Assembly: GCA_015121965.1 (NCBI GenBank)
Contig: JADFAP010000017.1
Location: forward strand, 5,047 to 37,225
DNA from: Candidatus Acidifodinimicrobium mancum
Lineage (GTDB): Archaea; Nanobdellota; Nanobdellia; Parvarchaeales; Parvarchaeaceae
Reading direction: 5' to 3'
DNA length: 32,179 nucleotides
In this document: positions 15,807-25,090 of the stretch, one piece after another
Position numbering within the stretch: the first letter of the stretch is position 1
Layout: each line of letters begins with the position of its first letter
Program-made: the position numbers and the translations under genes
The notes under the pieces: model-generated
What the model was told of the DNA's origin: nothing
The model's database searches: none
Seen by the model: only the letters and a program-made list of their open reading frames with translations

Positions 15807-17567
15807 TTACTTTGATATTACCCTGTTTTCGATCACTTCGAGTCCTCCGCTTGGGAGCATTTTATCTATTTCATCCGCGGGTATGTCATATCCAGTCTTT
15901 TCTGCGATTTCTTTTCTGACGAAGGATATTGCGGCTTTTCTTGGTGAATTTCCTGGCTTAAACAAAAAATAAGTTTCAGATTTTTTAGCAGGCGATACGC
16001 TAAGTTTGATTTCTCCTTCTTCTATAGAAATATTTAGATACACATGCAATTCGACCTTATTTAGATAATTTCTCTTGCCGGAGATATAAAATGAACCCTT
16101 TGTTAGGTATTCCCCAGCAGGGGGCGAAGAAGTCACCTGCGATGAATCAACGTAGTACACATCTATATTGGATGCATTCGCCTTCCAGGCCGATGAGTAT
16201 GAAGCGGTCATCCTCGCGGCTTCTTTTATGTCCTCTTCTGTTATCTCCTTATTTTTTTCCCTCTTAACCACACAGAACGGACTTCCAAATATATCTGCAT
16301 GCAAGACAATGTCGCCTGGCTCAGCATATTTTTTCACTATGCTAACATTCTGATCATTGTTCTTCCCTAGTATCCCTAAGATACCACTCGATGTAAAAAA
16401 CCAGATATACTTTGAATACCACTTATCCTCCTTCTTGATTTTTGCTTTAATAAGCTGTGTCTTATTTTCTCTTCTCTTTATTTGGGAGTTAGCGGACTTT
16501 ATCTTTGAGTAAATCTTTCCCAGCTGGTACCTTAGAGGCTGTGTTATGTCAATTGTAACACCTTTGTTTGCTTCGCTGGTTATGTATTTATCGCTGAATG
16601 CGAAGCCAAGTCTTTTGATCTCCCCCCTCCTTTTATCCAGGGATGTGCTTGAATCTCTTGCAATTTTTATAATGTCCGATATCTTATCGAAATTTTCCTC
16701 CAAGAACCTTACATTTTCCTTGTATTGGTCAACAGCCTTTGATATCGCCTCCTCTTTTCGGCTTTCCGGTTTATTCACTCGTTCCTCCGAAAAGAATGAT
16801 TTGACAGCTTCATTGATACTTTCAAAGTATACCTTCTCACCATTTAGGTGTTTCAATTCTATAGTTGACAGGACCTCTTTGTTTATGATATTCGGCTTTA
16901 CCTCATCTAAAAGGACTTTTTTCAGTTCTTCGTAAAGTTTGTTCAGCGCCTCATCTTTTACCTCGTTCGGCTTTAGGGATTTGTCTATCCCGCATCTAAA
17001 TATCAGTTCTTCAGAGTAGACCCCCCCTAATGACAAGTCAACTGCTAAACACTTAACGATGCTTTCCCTGTCTGACTTCATGATGGTCTCCTTGAATCCA
17101 TCATAGTTCAGCGTAGTGACATCTGCCTTCCCTGGTGGATAGACATACTCTTCTCCAGACTTGATCTCCCGTGTACCATACTTTCTTGCAAACATTGACC
17201 AAATTATCTTGTCTCTCTCTGCCAACACAACATTCCCATTTGAAAATAGTTCTGCTATCAACAGGTAATCTCCTACCTTAATGTCCAATATTCTATCAGA
17301 TTTATGCAATGATAGTACTACGCTTTTGTTTACAAGCGTATCCTTGAGCTTAGATGTGAATGGAAAGTTGATAGTTTCATCTGGCTTGTTGAACTGCACT
17401 GAAAAGAATCTCCCAGGGACTATCCTTAGCCAGTACTCCCTCCCGCTGTAAATCATCAGAAAAAGCTCGTTTTTTCTGCTTTTTACGTCTCTCACCCTCC
17501 CATTCTGCAAGTATGACAGCTCGTTCACAAGCTTGAATGCATCCAAGAAGGTTATCTCTTTCTTCAT
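15807..17567 (-). CDS. rqcH: Ribosome quality control factor Rqc2/RqcH (NFACT family)
   Basis: DRIL, LIAELFSNGNVVL, YVYPP, GGVYSEEL, KWYSKY.WF, HADIFGSP, ASYSSAWK and GEYLTKGSF motifs. ATG at 17567 (MKKEIT). Confidence 0.92.
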   Translation of the reverse strand: MKKEITFLDAFKLVNELSYLQNGRVRDVKSRKNELFLMIYSGREYWLRIVPGRFFSVQFNKPDETINFPFTSKLKDTLVNKSVVLSLHKSDRILDIKVGDYLLIAELFSNGNVVLAERDKIIWSMFARKYGTREIKSGEEYVYPPGKADVTTLNYDGFKETIMKSDRESIVKCLAVDLSLGGVYSEELIFRCGIDKSLKPNEVKDEALNKLYEELKKVLLDEVKPNIINKEVLSTIELKHLNGEKVYFESINEAVKSFFSEERVNKPESRKEEAISKAVDQYKENVRFLEENFDKISDIIKIARDSSTSLDKRRGEIKRLGFAFSDKYITSEANKGVTIDITQPLRYQLGKIYSKIKSANSQIKRRENKTQLIKAKIKKEDKWYSKYIWFFTSSGILGILGKNNDQNVSIVKKYAEPGDIVLHADIFGSPFCVVKREKNKEITEEDIKEAARMTASYSSAWKANASNIDVYYVDSSQVTSSPPAGEYLTKGSFYISGKRNYLNKVELHVYLNISIEEGEIKLSVSPAKKSETYFLFKPGNSPRKAAISFVRKEIAEKTGYDIPADEIDKMLPSGGLEVIENRVISK

Positions 17568-17627
17568 TACAATTAGATAAAGCACTGCGGATTTAACTCT
17601 TTACAGTTGAAAGAATTTCGGATAAAT

Positions 17628-18107
17628 CTAAGAGGCTTGGAAGGATAGGGAACTTTGCAAAGTATTCTTTATGTTATCCAGTTCATTTTCAAAGGCTTCC
17701 TTCCTTTGGGTCATCGTCTCTGAGTTCATACGGTCATACAAGGGTTTTACAAATTTAGACACGCCGCCAGTCCATTTATTGAGAAAGTCCAGTATAATAG
17801 TGGACACCAGCTGTACTATGACCTTACCAGTCTTGGCCTTGATCGGTTTTCCCTCCTTCATGACACTGGTTTCGGTTATGTTTGAGAAGTCTAGCACCAC
17901 ATTTATCCTGTATGCCATGTAGTCATCAAGTGCTTTCTGGGCGAGCCATTCTATATGGTAGTTGTTCCCACCAAACTGCACGTATGACGTTTCCACGACG
18001 TTGTAGCCCTCCTTTTTCAGCGTTTCCTTCGCAAAACTGTAAAACTTTTGGTCATCCAGTGAGCCTTCATGCTGAAAAGAGGTGGAGCCTACAGGTATTA
18101 TCTCCAT
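17628..18107 (-). CDS. Hypothetical protein, apparently of a DPANN-conserved family
   Basis: Clean ORF between aglH and rqc2 on the same strand; motif pattern G..D...FY......EGY.V.E..Y....IEW.A.K..DDY. Confidence 0.75.
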   Translation of the reverse strand: MEIIPVGSTSFQHEGSLDDQKFYSFAKETLKKEGYNVVETSYVQFGGNNYHIEWLAQKALDDYMAYRINVVLDFSNITETSVMKEGKPIKAKTGKVIVQLVSTIILDFLNKWTGGVSKFVKPLYDRMNSETMTQRKEAFENELDNIKNTLQSSLSFQAS

Positions 18108-18143
18108 ATCTAAACTAAGGAATCCGCGGGAATATAAAGTTAT

Positions 18144-19184
18144 TCACCAGAACGCGACAAGCCCCACCAACGCCAAAATAACCTCTACAAGGGTGAATAT
18201 AAAGACTATCTGCCACTCCTTGAACTTTCCGGTCCTAAGGAAGAGGTGGGTCAAAGAATAAACCTTGTTTCCATGCGGTGAGGAGAGGGTTCCATCCTTC
18301 TGTAATACCCCCCAGGAATGCACATGGAATCTCCCTCTAGCTTTGAGTATGAATTCAGCCAGCCAAGGAAGGATAAGTATAATTGCAAGAGCCTTGGTGC
18401 TTCCTACTATCGCAAGCACCGCGAAAGAAGCTCCTACAAAGTAAGTGAAGCTGTCTCCAGGGAGCATCTTAGCCGGATAGCTACCATAGTATAGATAAGC
18501 CAGAAGAGCTCCGGACATAAGCGCTGACAAGCTGAATTCCGTGTAGTCTCCGTAATGGAATGAGAGTATCCCCATTGCTATTATAGCCACCAGCCCCATC
18601 TGCAGGCTCAAGCCATTCAGCCCTTCGAGCATATTGAAGACGTTCGCAGAGAACAGGAAGACTATCGGTATGATTATGAATGTAAAGAGAATCTGGTTGA
18701 AATATATCGTTCCGATGTGTGGAATCATTAGGATGGCTGGTCCGAAGTTTATGGCTATAAGAGGTAGAACTCCCACCAGCGTAAGCAGCAGCTTCTCCCT
18801 CTGTTTTAAACCGCCCCCAACTTCCGAGTAGCCTTTTATCAATGCCTTTATCTTGACTTTAGAGGTCCTTATCTTACCCCCAGCCATGTCGTCCATGAAT
18901 CCGATGAAAGTGACGATGAGTATCGATATTAGTGACAGCAGCAGAAAAGTTACGTTTATGTTAGCTGTGACAAAGTAATCAAGGCTGAATATCAATGCAA
19001 TCTCTCCTAAGAGTAGCCCGAAAACTGCGATAAGCCCCCCGCTGGCGGGGAGAAGCGGCTTTCCCCTCTTGTTGATGTCAGTTTCGATCATCCCTATCTT
19101 GACAAGTATCGGGATAAAGTAGAAGCCTGACAGGAAAGTTCCTAGGAATGCGATAATGCCCGCGACAAGTACCTCTAATAGCAT
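18144..19184 (-). CDS. aglH: UDP-GlcNAc:dolichol-phosphate GlcNAc-1-phosphotransferase (AglH/Alg7, MraY-like)
   Basis: DINK, GG, GFMDD, NVFNMLEGLNGL and YPAKMLPGDS motifs; about 10 TM segments. Confidence 0.9.
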   Translation of the reverse strand: MLLEVLVAGIIAFLGTFLSGFYFIPILVKIGMIETDINKRGKPLLPASGGLIAVFGLLLGEIALIFSLDYFVTANINVTFLLLSLISILIVTFIGFMDDMAGGKIRTSKVKIKALIKGYSEVGGGLKQREKLLLTLVGVLPLIAINFGPAILMIPHIGTIYFNQILFTFIIIPIVFLFSANVFNMLEGLNGLSLQMGLVAIIAMGILSFHYGDYTEFSLSALMSGALLAYLYYGSYPAKMLPGDSFTYFVGASFAVLAIVGSTKALAIILILPWLAEFILKARGRFHVHSWGVLQKDGTLSSPHGNKVYSLTHLFLRTGKFKEWQIVFIFTLVEVILALVGLVAFW

Positions 19185-19248
19185 TCAATTTAGATGCACG
19201 AGTTAATATTAATAATTTGTATTTCATATTATTATTCAGTTAGTAAGA

Positions 19249-19321
19249 AGCCCCGTTGTGTAGTGGTCAAGCACGCAGGCCTTTGGAGCCTGACACCTCG
19301 GTTCAAATCCGAGCGGGGCTA
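19249..19321 (+). tRNA. tRNA-Gln(TTG)
   Basis: AGCCCCG/CGGGGCT acceptor stem (A1-U72, typical of archaeal Gln), anticodon arm CAGGC-CTTTGGA-GCCTG, GGTTCAAATCC. Confidence 0.96.
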
Positions 19322-19411
19322 TCTAGTTATTGGGATAATAATATCTACGAGAAACGACACTAATTTAGATAACTTTTTAAAAGTTTATAAATTTTTTTAA
19401 AAATCAATTCT

Positions 19412-19596
19412 ATGAAATTTTATCTTTCATCTTATAGAATGGGAAATTCTGTCGCAAAACTTTGTCATTTGATGCCGAAAAGTAAAAAAGTGGATTTGAT
19501 ACTCAATGCTTTGATCATACCCGCGTAGATGAAAGAAAAGTAAAAGAAAAGATAAAGGCGTTGAAGCGTATCGGATTTTAACCAGAAATTCTAGAG
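19412..19596 (+). pseudogene. Remnant of a peptidase E / S51-like (class I GATase-fold) gene, N-terminus only
   Basis: MKFYLSSYRMGNSVAKLCHLMPKSKKVDLILNA, then a frameshift near 19510 to DHTRVDERKVKEKIKALKRIGF*PEILE. This matches the recalled family pattern MKLYLSSYRLG...NA.D...L..LGF.PE.LDL. Confidence 0.6.
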
Positions 19597-20130
19597 GGGG
19601 TTTAGCGGAGATTTTTGTCTTAGTATTTCTTTATTTAGTTCTTCTCTAAGCTTAGGAGGAAGATAAAAAGGAACAGCGAGATCTTTCCCATTTTCTATTA
19701 ATATGTCTTCCCAACTGCCTTTTTTATTACTTGTATCGCCTGGGACATAAAGGTTGATTCGACTTATTTCGCGGTTCGATTCATTAACATTCTTAATGTA
19801 CAAGTCTAAAACCTTATACAGCCCTTTATTCATATTTGGGCGTTTGCCCAAAAGAACCTTTTTGCCTGCATATACACGTAAATAAAGATCACCGCTCGCT
19901 CTTTCATACTCTATTCGTAAACATTTATTCCATTTGTAAATATCCATAGTGTAGTAAGCTTCAGATCTAGTGTATATATCTTTTATACCTCCTCTTTTAC
20001 TTTTGTTAATCACTAAAGCTTCCGCATAATCAAATAAATCGTGTACAATTATCTGTCTTTTATAATCATCCTCATGCATTATATCGCTCAGGCTTTTCAT
20101 ATGTCTTAACCTCTTCTGTAAATCAATCAC
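19591..20130 (-). CDS. Hypothetical protein (orphan)
   Basis: 179-aa open frame in AT-rich DNA; no recognised motif; start uncertain. Confidence 0.65.
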   Translation of the reverse strand: MIDLQKRLRHMKSLSDIMHEDDYKRQIIVHDLFDYAEALVINKSKRGGIKDIYTRSEAYYTMDIYKWNKCLRIEYERASGDLYLRVYAGKKVLLGKRPNMNKGLYKVLDLYIKNVNESNREISRINLYVPGDTSNKKGSWEDILIENGKDLAVPFYLPPKLREELNKEILRQKSPLNPL

Positions 20131-20357
20131 ACTAGATTTCTTTGATTAGTTGCTATTATCGCACGTAATATTTGATAGTTTTCTATATTTATACTTTTTG
20201 CGTTCGCTTTTATCCTACTACTAAAATTTCTGCTTCGAGCCTAACAAGATCTATCTAAATTTACAGTCTAATATAAATTATAATTTTGAGGAAAAATAAA
20301 TACTAAATGTTCTTTTTAGTTTGAATTTTCTACTTTATTGCTTTTTAATTCATTTAA

Positions 20358-20864
20358 CTATTGTTTATGTGTATAGTCAAATTTTATCTCCTGCTCTAGG
20401 ACTTCTCTATTAAAGGTGAATGCAACAAGAAATAGCTCCAGGCTTTTGTATTCTTTCATGTATACTGGCAGATTTCCCTCCACAAGCATCTCTATCACTG
20501 TGTTACTTTTGTAGGGCACCTTGAAGTTTAGATATTCATATAATATCCGACCTCTTCTTTTAGTAGGGCTATAATCTGTCAAGAAATCATCAGCATGAGC
20601 TAATAGCACTCTGGGGTCTACTTCGTAGTGCCGGTTTACGTCACCTGTCAACCTCAGTTCATATTCTTGTTTATTCTTTTCAAAAAGTGTCTCAATTTCG
20701 AAGCCATTCTTTGAATATCTAAGGTTAGCTTTATGCGGTTCACCGTGAGGATATGTAGACATATAATCTTCTAGAAGTCCAGAGAAGTCATCAAGTGACA
20801 GCAGAGCATCTAGTATCTCTCTGGATCTCTTTCTTCCAGCTTCCTGTCTTTCAGGCTCTTTCAT
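20358..20864 (-). CDS. Hypothetical protein, paralogue of 20889-21473
   Basis: 168-aa ORF; shares colinear motifs with its neighbour (ERQE, EILD.LL..D.F.G, Y..DPR, L.AF). Confidence 0.75.
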   Translation of the reverse strand: MKEPERQEAGRKRSREILDALLSLDDFSGLLEDYMSTYPHGEPHKANLRYSKNGFEIETLFEKNKQEYELRLTGDVNRHYEVDPRVLLAHADDFLTDYSPTKRRGRILYEYLNFKVPYKSNTVIEMLVEGNLPVYMKEYKSLELFLVAFTFNREVLEQEIKFDYTHKQ

Positions 20865-20888
20865 ATCGTAACTTTAACGTATTCGAGC

Positions 20889-21473
20889 TTATATCTCTAA
20901 CTTTACAATGCTTCTATTTGTGTAAATAATCTTTAATTTACCGAAGAACGCCAAAAGGTACACGTCTGGTTTTATTGCTCCTTCAGTTTCATTTGGGAAG
21001 TTGAACGCGAACACCTCCTTTTCGATTTTTCTCTCTTTATCCACATAGTGTGAATATTCAAAATTATTATCATTAAGTGCCCTCATACGAAGCAACGAAA
21101 GCCTTGGATCTAGGCTGTAAGCGGTCCTAAGTTCTCTGTATATCATCTTCGCCCCGCTTGGCAGGTCTAACTCCCAGTATGTCTTTGTTTCTGAGGGTAT
21201 CCTCCCCATCTTTTTAATTTCCTTATAGTTATACGAAAAAATATCTGGAGAGGAGCCAATATCAATCCCGGGCTTTTCGCCTACCCTATAAGTAATCGGT
21301 CGTCTGTAAATTTTACCTTGAAAGAAGCCGCCTTCCTCAACCCCATAGAATTCATCCGGCCTATACAACAGATTATCTAAGATTTCTCCAGCTCTTCTGA
21401 TGCCATGCTCCTTTTCGGACCGTGCCCTCATCTGCAGATTCAGTCGGTTCTCTTGACGCTCTTTTTCATTCAT
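20889..21473 (-). CDS. Hypothetical protein, paralogue of 20358-20864
   Basis: ATG at 21473 (MNEKERQE) matches the paralogue start MKEPERQE. Confidence 0.75.
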   Translation of the reverse strand: MNEKERQENRLNLQMRARSEKEHGIRRAGEILDNLLYRPDEFYGVEEGGFFQGKIYRRPITYRVGEKPGIDIGSSPDIFSYNYKEIKKMGRIPSETKTYWELDLPSGAKMIYRELRTAYSLDPRLSLLRMRALNDNNFEYSHYVDKERKIEKEVFAFNFPNETEGAIKPDVYLLAFFGKLKIIYTNRSIVKLEI

Positions 21474-21564
21474 ATCATTCACAACCAGCAAGTGCTTGTT
21501 TTGCTGTTTTTAGATGTATTCTTTATGAGATTATCTCATATAAAAAGGTTTAAAAGGTCAAAGT

Positions 21565-22209
21565 TCACTTAAAAGATTTTGGTGTGCTTTTTCTAGTTAT
21601 CTTGAACGAGATAATCCTCCCTCTCTTTTTTATCCATATTTTGAACTTTTTTTCTACTCCGAGCCTCCTTATCTCTTCCTCGCTGAGCGAGTGGTTCCCA
21701 ACAAGCAAGCCAAGGATCATGCCTAAACCATCCTTGTTGTACTCATAGACCAGCAATTCGCCTTTCTTAGCGAGAAATTTAAGCAGGTAAGTGATGCTCT
21801 CGCTCTTCTTCTTCCAGTGGTGAAATGAGAGGGTGGAGAATATCACGTCAAATTTTGAGTTTAGAGGAACATGTCTGCTGCTGCCCAGTAGATACTCTAC
21901 ATTTTTTAATCCAGACTTTGCTATGTTGTTTTGGCCAACTTTCTTCATCCCCTCTGATGGATCTATGCAGTATATCTTAGAAGAGGGCATCCTCCTTGCT
22001 AATTCTATTGAAAGATAGCCCGGGCCGGCGCCAACCTCAAGAATGTTCTTAGCCTTCGCCTTCACTATGTCATCAATTGCATATTTATACATATTTCTCA
22101 GCGCGAATGGCGCAAAGAGAGCATAAGCCTTAGAGCTAAGTGGCCCAAATTTTTCTTCCCCGTTCAAGTATAAGCTCTCCTTTGCTTCTTTCTCAGTCGT
22201 ATACGCCAT
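21565..22209 (-). CDS. Class I SAM-dependent methyltransferase
   Basis: ILEVGAGPG, IDPSEGM, FDVIFSTLSFHHW and L...GELLVYE motifs. Confidence 0.92.
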   Translation of the reverse strand: MAYTTEKEAKESLYLNGEEKFGPLSSKAYALFAPFALRNMYKYAIDDIVKAKAKNILEVGAGPGYLSIELARRMPSSKIYCIDPSEGMKKVGQNNIAKSGLKNVEYLLGSSRHVPLNSKFDVIFSTLSFHHWKKKSESITYLLKFLAKKGELLVYEYNKDGLGMILGLLVGNHSLSEEEIRRLGVEKKFKIWIKKRGRIISFKITRKSTPKSFK

Positions 22210-22302
22210 ACTAATGCATCTTTATTTTGCGTTTAGAGTTTAAAAAGATTGAAATTCTTAGTAAATACTAGGCTTGAGATACATCGGAAAACAGGGAGAA
22301 AC

Positions 22303-23562
22303 ATGGACATATTCAAGGCATACGACATACGCGGGCTGTACCCACAGGAGTTGAATGAAGAAATCGCAGGGGACATAGGTAGAGCCATAGGTTCTATGGC
22401 TAGAAAGAAGACAATCTATGTAGGCAATGATACGAGAGTTGGGACATACAAGATAAAAGACAGCTTCCTCAGAGGTCTGCTTAGCACAGGCGTAAGAGTA
22501 ATAGATGTAGGCATGGCACCGATAGCAGTTCCTGCCTTGGCTTCCTTTGACAACAAGACGTACTCTGTATGTATAACGGCCTCGCACAACCCTCCGCAGT
22601 ACACTGGCATCCTACCCTTCTATATGGGCAAAAGCGTACGCCCGCAGAAAGTTAAGGAGATATACGAATCAAAATCATTTTTGACTGGAAAAGGGTCTCT
22701 TAAGAAGAAAGACTATCAGACAAAGTACCTTTTGAGAATAACCAAAGGGATGAAGGATCTGAAATTCAAAGTAGGGGTAGATGCGATGGGCGGTTCTGGG
22801 ACGTTTGCCTCTAAATTGGCGCTGAACATAGTAGGCGCAGAGCCGAAGTTGCTGCATCCGAACATCTCAATGGATTTTTTTGGCATGACGCCGGAGCCAT
22901 CGAGAGAGCACATGGTAGAACTGTCTAAGTTTGTGGTGGAGAATCACCTTGATGTAGGCGTGCAGCTGGATGGAGACGCGGACAGGCTAGACTTCACAGA
23001 TGAGTTTGGGAATTTCATAGACCCTGTAACATCTGCGTTGATGTTCATAAAATACATGAAGATAAAGGAAGCCATCATAAATGTTTCGTGCCCAAGTATA
23101 TTCAAGAGGTTCACAAACGTCAAATTTGTCCCAGTAGGCAGGCCGAATATGGAGGGAGCTAAGTTTGGCTTTGAAACTTCTTCTCACTACTATTTTGGGG
23201 ATTATTTCCCGGCTTCGGATGCGCTGCTTCCCATGGTATTGATGCTGAATGTAATGAAGACGTCTGGCAAGAGAATGAGTGAGCTTGTGAAGGAAATGCC
23301 GAAGGTGTACTATGAGATAGTTCCTATAAGAATGAAAGATGACAATGAAATTAACAGCGCGATGAAGTCTGCGGAGAAGGAGATGGAGAAATACGGCAAG
23401 GTAGACAGGACGGACGGAGTTAAAGTTTACTTTGATAATGGTTCCGTACTTGTCAGGAGATCTGAGACGGAGCCGCTTATAAGGGTATTTTACGAGGGGG
23501 TAGATGAGGGCTCTTTCCTTAAGATGAAGGAGTTAGCCTACAAAATAATGCCATGGAAGTAG
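22303..23562 (+). CDS. Phosphomannomutase/phosphoglucomutase (alpha-D-phosphohexomutase)
   Basis: IFKAYDIRG, TASHNP (phospho-Ser), DGDADR, FE.SSH and RRSETEPLIRV motifs. ATG at 22303 after GGGAG. Confidence 0.95.
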   Translation: MDIFKAYDIRGLYPQELNEEIAGDIGRAIGSMARKKTIYVGNDTRVGTYKIKDSFLRGLLSTGVRVIDVGMAPIAVPALASFDNKTYSVCITASHNPPQYTGILPFYMGKSVRPQKVKEIYESKSFLTGKGSLKKKDYQTKYLLRITKGMKDLKFKVGVDAMGGSGTFASKLALNIVGAEPKLLHPNISMDFFGMTPEPSREHMVELSKFVVENHLDVGVQLDGDADRLDFTDEFGNFIDPVTSALMFIKYMKIKEAIINVSCPSIFKRFTNVKFVPVGRPNMEGAKFGFETSSHYYFGDYFPASDALLPMVLMLNVMKTSGKRMSELVKEMPKVYYEIVPIRMKDDNEINSAMKSAEKEMEKYGKVDRTDGVKVYFDNGSVLVRRSETEPLIRVFYEGVDEGSFLKMKELAYKIMPWK

Positions 23563-24476
23563 AGGATTGGTCAATAAACCAGATACTGGAGAAGACTAAG
23601 CTCACAAAGGAGCAGATAGAGGAAAAAATCAAGAAAAAGATAGAAGAGTTCCCAGCGCTGACAAGGGAAGCTGCCATAAGATCGGTAGCCACGGACAACG
23701 GCGTCATACTGATAAGGAGAGACTACAAAGTCTCGGATATAACCGAAGAGCTGAATCATCTGAACCTTAGGTGCAAGATAGTGAGGAAATTTGAAGCAAA
23801 GGAGGTTAACTTAAGGGGCGGAAAGAGTAAGGTAATGAATTTGATGGTTGGAGATGAAACAGGTCAGATAAGGGTTGTCATCTGGGACACGAATAGGATA
23901 GCAGAGATAGAGAAGGATTTCAGAGAGGGGGATGAGATACTAATAATAAACGCATACTCAAAGTTCAGCAGTTTCAGTAATAACTTCGAGATAAACATAG
24001 GGGCAAATACATTGTTGAAGTTAATAGCGCATAAGGAAACACATGCAGAAGCAGATAACTATGCAAGAATAAGCCAAATTACAGAGGAGAACAAGTCTTA
24101 TAAGGTGAGGGGATTCATCACAAGGATTTTCACTAACAACACATTCATAATAAGGTGCAGCATATGCGGCAAGAGGGTGGACGAGAAGTGCGATATTCAC
24201 GGGGATAAAGCGCTGTCAAAGACATTGATGATATCTGCGGTTATAGATGATGGCTTGTCAAGCACCAAAGTAACCTTCTTCGACAGGGTCGCTGAAAAGT
24301 TCCTCAGTCTCTCAAAGGAGGGAGATCTAAGGCAGAAGCTTAATGATATCTCCTTCGGGCTGTATCAGGTTGAGGTAGAAGCGGTAGCGAAGTCATTCAA
24401 TGGTATCTTGAGTTTGACGGCGAGAGATGTAAAACCAGTTGATTATTCGGTGGACAGTTCTAAAGGAGAGACGTGA
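23553..24476 (+). CDS. rpa: Replication protein A (OB folds plus CxxC...CxxH zinc finger)
   Basis: N-terminal helical domain, VGDETGQIRVVIW OB fold, CSIC...CDIHG, VIDDG....VTFF. Confidence 0.85.
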   Translation: MEVEDWSINQILEKTKLTKEQIEEKIKKKIEEFPALTREAAIRSVATDNGVILIRRDYKVSDITEELNHLNLRCKIVRKFEAKEVNLRGGKSKVMNLMVGDETGQIRVVIWDTNRIAEIEKDFREGDEILIINAYSKFSSFSNNFEINIGANTLLKLIAHKETHAEADNYARISQITEENKSYKVRGFITRIFTNNTFIIRCSICGKRVDEKCDIHGDKALSKTLMISAVIDDGLSSTKVTFFDRVAEKFLSLSKEGDLRQKLNDISFGLYQVEVEAVAKSFNGILSLTARDVKPVDYSVDSSKGET

Positions 24477-24946
24477 TGGATGCTGATGAATTGATAGCTT
24501 CGGTAAAGAGCATAGTCGCCGATGCCTTTAGCTTAAATCAAGCCTGGACCTCAGAAAAACAAGTAAAAGTCAATTACGCATGTGTTTTTACCCATAGCCT
24601 GCAGGAATTTGAGGAGCTGGTCAAATTAGCCGGAAAGCTGGGCACAGTTGTAAAAGATACATCGACCGGGCCTGTCTACTATACTATACCGATATCTACG
24701 GTTGCTGGAAATCTGCGAGTACTGAAAATCAGGCGCCCGGATGTGAAACGATCAGAGCGCGGTGATGCCGACTTCACGGTTCCTGATTATGCGTCTTTTA
24801 AGAAAGTCCACCTGGGAAAACCGGGATTTAACCTCATAAGGAGACCCAATATGGAAATGATAGAGCTGATAGATCCTTCATATGACGTTATTGCTTATTA
24901 TTCACATCCTACACTTGCGGAAGATCTTAAATTGAAAATTGACTGA
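24476..24946 (+). CDS. Conserved hypothetical protein (possible VOC/glyoxalase-like fold), probably acquired horizontally
   Basis: Motifs VNYACVF, T.TGP.Y, TVAG.LR.LKIR.PD...ERGDADF, EMIEL.DP. Its start overlaps the rpa stop, and it uses several CGN arginine codons. Confidence 0.75.
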   Translation: MDADELIASVKSIVADAFSLNQAWTSEKQVKVNYACVFTHSLQEFEELVKLAGKLGTVVKDTSTGPVYYTIPISTVAGNLRVLKIRRPDVKRSERGDADFTVPDYASFKKVHLGKPGFNLIRRPNMEMIELIDPSYDVIAYYSHPTLAEDLKLKID

Positions 24947-25090
24947 GTAATCTGCCTTTCTTCTCCGCGGAGCAATCGAGCACCAGCTTAATCTCCCTCA
25001 GAAATAACCGAAGATTAACCAAGCCATTCAACTTCATTATTCTAAGAAGCTAAATAGTCCAATATTCTTAGACATTCAAAGAACTTATGA

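Noticed and set aside
19194..19400. 68-aa ORF in the track
   Set aside because: It spans tRNA-Gln and its promoter, so it is spurious.
24947..25090. Possible small ORF or remnant in the gap between the hypothetical gene and ssb
   Set aside because: Only a minus-strand frame of about 36 aa with no motif; there is no support for it.
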